Shown here one piece after another: positions 62,413-64,000 of a stretch of 64,000 nucleotides of DNA; the stretch's first letter is position 1, and each line of letters opens with the position of its first letter. The stretch lies in the IMG/VR virus record IMGVR_UViG_3300025459_000003, positions 1 through 64,000 of that record. One strand, 5' to 3'. The notes below the pieces were generated by a model. It had not been told where the DNA came from, ran no database searches, and saw nothing but the letters and a program-made list of their open reading frames with translations. Source of the stretch: a virus. A program made the position numbers and the translations under genes.

Positions 62413-62922
62413 ATGGAGGATGCGACGATGGCAAAGGAACTCCGCAAGAAGCTGGCTAAGGATGCGATGGAGGAGCTCAGCAGCGCCCTGGACGACTTCG
62501 TCAAGTACGTCAAGGTCCCCGGCCAGATAAGGTTCCCCATCGAGGTGTCCTCCGTGCGGACCCTCGAAGGCCAGAGGCCCGGGGCCCCCGCCGTCGGCTC
62601 CTGGTGCAGCGTCCGCCCGTGCCAGGACGACAAGACCTACCTCGGGGTATACCTCGGCGACCTGACCGTCTCCGTGGACCACTACTACCACACCCGCGAG
62701 AAGGTGCTCACCATCGCCCCCCATGCCAACCCGGCGCTCTACGTGCCTGACCTGAAGCGCGTCGTGTGGGGCTGCGAGTCCTGGTGGGGGACCATCGAGG
62801 GCCCCGAGCATCTCCGCCAGATCACCGACGCCGACATCCAGGACCTGTGGTACGTGAAGGCGCTGAAGGACCTCGCCGGGAAGCCGGCCGAAGGAGGTGC
62901 CGAGTGCCCGAGAGAAGGCTGA
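62413..62922 (+). CDS. Hypothetical phage protein
   Basis: KTYLGVYLGD...VWGCESWWG. Confidence 0.65.
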   Translation: MEDATMAKELRKKLAKDAMEELSSALDDFVKYVKVPGQIRFPIEVSSVRTLEGQRPGAPAVGSWCSVRPCQDDKTYLGVYLGDLTVSVDHYYHTREKVLTIAPHANPALYVPDLKRVVWGCESWWGTIEGPEHLRQITDADIQDLWYVKALKDLAGKPAEGGAECPREG

Positions 62923-63763
62923 GACATGGATCCCTTTTCTCGGGCATTCGACCGGGATGATCGACTACGGCCTGGAGATGGCGGGGTTCGAGACCGCCTT
63001 CCAGGTCGAGATAGACCCGTTCTGCCGCAAGGTGCTGGAGAAGTACTGGCCGGACGTGCCAAGATTCGAGGACGTGAGGAAATGTGGACGACACAACCTT
63101 GAGCCCGTCGACCTCCTCAGCGGAGGCTACCCCTGCCAGGACCACAGCATCGCTGGGAAGAAGCGGGGGCTTGGGACTCCGGACAATCCCACCGAGCGGA
63201 GCGGCCTCTGGTTCGAGTACAGCCGCATCATCCGAGAGCTACGACCTCGCTGGATACTCGTTGAGAACGTTTCTCGTCTCCTGCGCACGGAGGACGGGGA
63301 CAGGGTGCTCTCCGACCTGGAGGGAGCTGGCTACGCCTGCTGGCCGCTCGTATTGGACGTGGAAGTCCTCGACGCCCCGCACATCCGCGAAAGGACATGG
63401 CTCGTCTGCCGGGAATGGGCTTCCCCTGTTCCCGTTGGTCAGTACCCCGACGACGAAGGCGATCCTGGTCATGGAATGGTCGAGGGAGAACTTCATTCAG
63501 CAGCGGAACGGGCGCTGGCGGAAACGCGCAAACAGTGGCAAGACAGGAAGCATGAATTGGCTCCAGGAAATGGCGGTGAGGGCGGTGGTGCAGCGGAACC
63601 CGAGGCTTGTGCCTACGCCGGAGTTGTGCGAGCAGTATATGGCTATCCCCGTTGGATGGACCGATATCGAGCCTGCGGGAACAGCGTCAACTTCGTCGTC
63701 CCCGCCCTTGTCGGGCAGTGGATCGCACGGGTCGAGGGAAGGAGGGAACATGGGCAAGCATGA
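62904..63763 (+). pseudogene. C5-cytosine DNA methyltransferase, frameshifted in motif I
   Basis: GGYPCQ, ENV, RERTW and GNSV lie in one frame; the start and SLFSGI lie in another, joined by 5 extra nt (62949-62953). Confidence 0.65.
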
Positions 63764-64000
63764 CGGGGAGAGGATTCCGGTGGAGGCGGCGCTGAAGCTG
63801 GACGAGGAGACAAAGGCCCCTGGGGCCGAGGACGGGGGGACGATAAGCGAGGTCGACGCCGAGGTGCTGTTCTTCCTGGGCGACAGGGCCGACGAGGCGG
63901 CACGCGGCGTGGAGGAAGCGACCCGGCATGTCAAGGCGGCCGAGCAGGAGCTCGAAATAGCGAAGGAAGATGTCAAGGCCGCCGAGCGCAGGGTCCTGGA
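63750..64000 (+). CDS. Hypothetical protein (partial, runs off window)
   Basis: GGAGG RBS, MGKHDGERIP..., open to the edge. Confidence 0.55.
   Translation, partial: MGKHDGERIPVEAALKLDEETKAPGAEDGGTISEVDAEVLFFLGDRADEAARGVEEATRHVKAAEQELEIAKEDVKAAERRVL

Noticed and set aside
1-64000. Stop-codon reassignment
   Set aside because: Conserved genes are intact in the standard code and end at TAA, TAG and TGA; only one in-frame stop interruption was seen.

Overview
The whole window reads as part of a large, GC-rich, contractile-tailed (myovirus-type, probably jumbo) bacteriophage genome. No host housekeeping genes, rRNA, tRNA or CRISPR array were seen. Layout: (1) 0.3-26.4 kb, late/virion genes: tail sheath, tail tube, prohead protease, scaffold, decoration protein, HK97-fold major capsid protein and an Ig-like protein. 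These are interleaved with multidomain proteins punctuated by K/R-x-A motifs; one carries a near-canonical RpoD region-4 domain and one an ADP-ribosyltransferase-like domain. (2) 26.4-36.1 kb, a minus-strand array of small genes driven by a repeated AATCCC-N23-TATA(A/C)T promoter cassette. (3) 36.2-42.9 kb, terminase large subunit, membrane proteins and collagen-like (Gly-X-Thr) fibres, followed by a candidate structured ncRNA. (4) 43-56.3 kb, a minus-strand block with two PEP-CTERM proteins and a ~12-gene sugar synthesis/glycosyltransferase/methyltransferase operon headed by a GIY-YIG endonuclease. (5) 56.4-64 kb, an HTH/sigma-like regulator, DNA methyltransferases and an HhH-GPD glycosylase. 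PEP-CTERM, PEGA and Big_3-type Ig domains suggest an Acidobacteriota-like Gram-negative host (inference). Most interesting candidates: a late-expressed virion glycosylation system with possible Gly-X-Thr and Ser-Pro-Pro acceptor sites; protease-processed capsid cargo polyproteins, including a sigma region-4 decoy paired with early promoters lacking a canonical -35; and a ~140-nt late ncRNA with loop complementarity. All assignments are by eye from motifs; no database searches were run.
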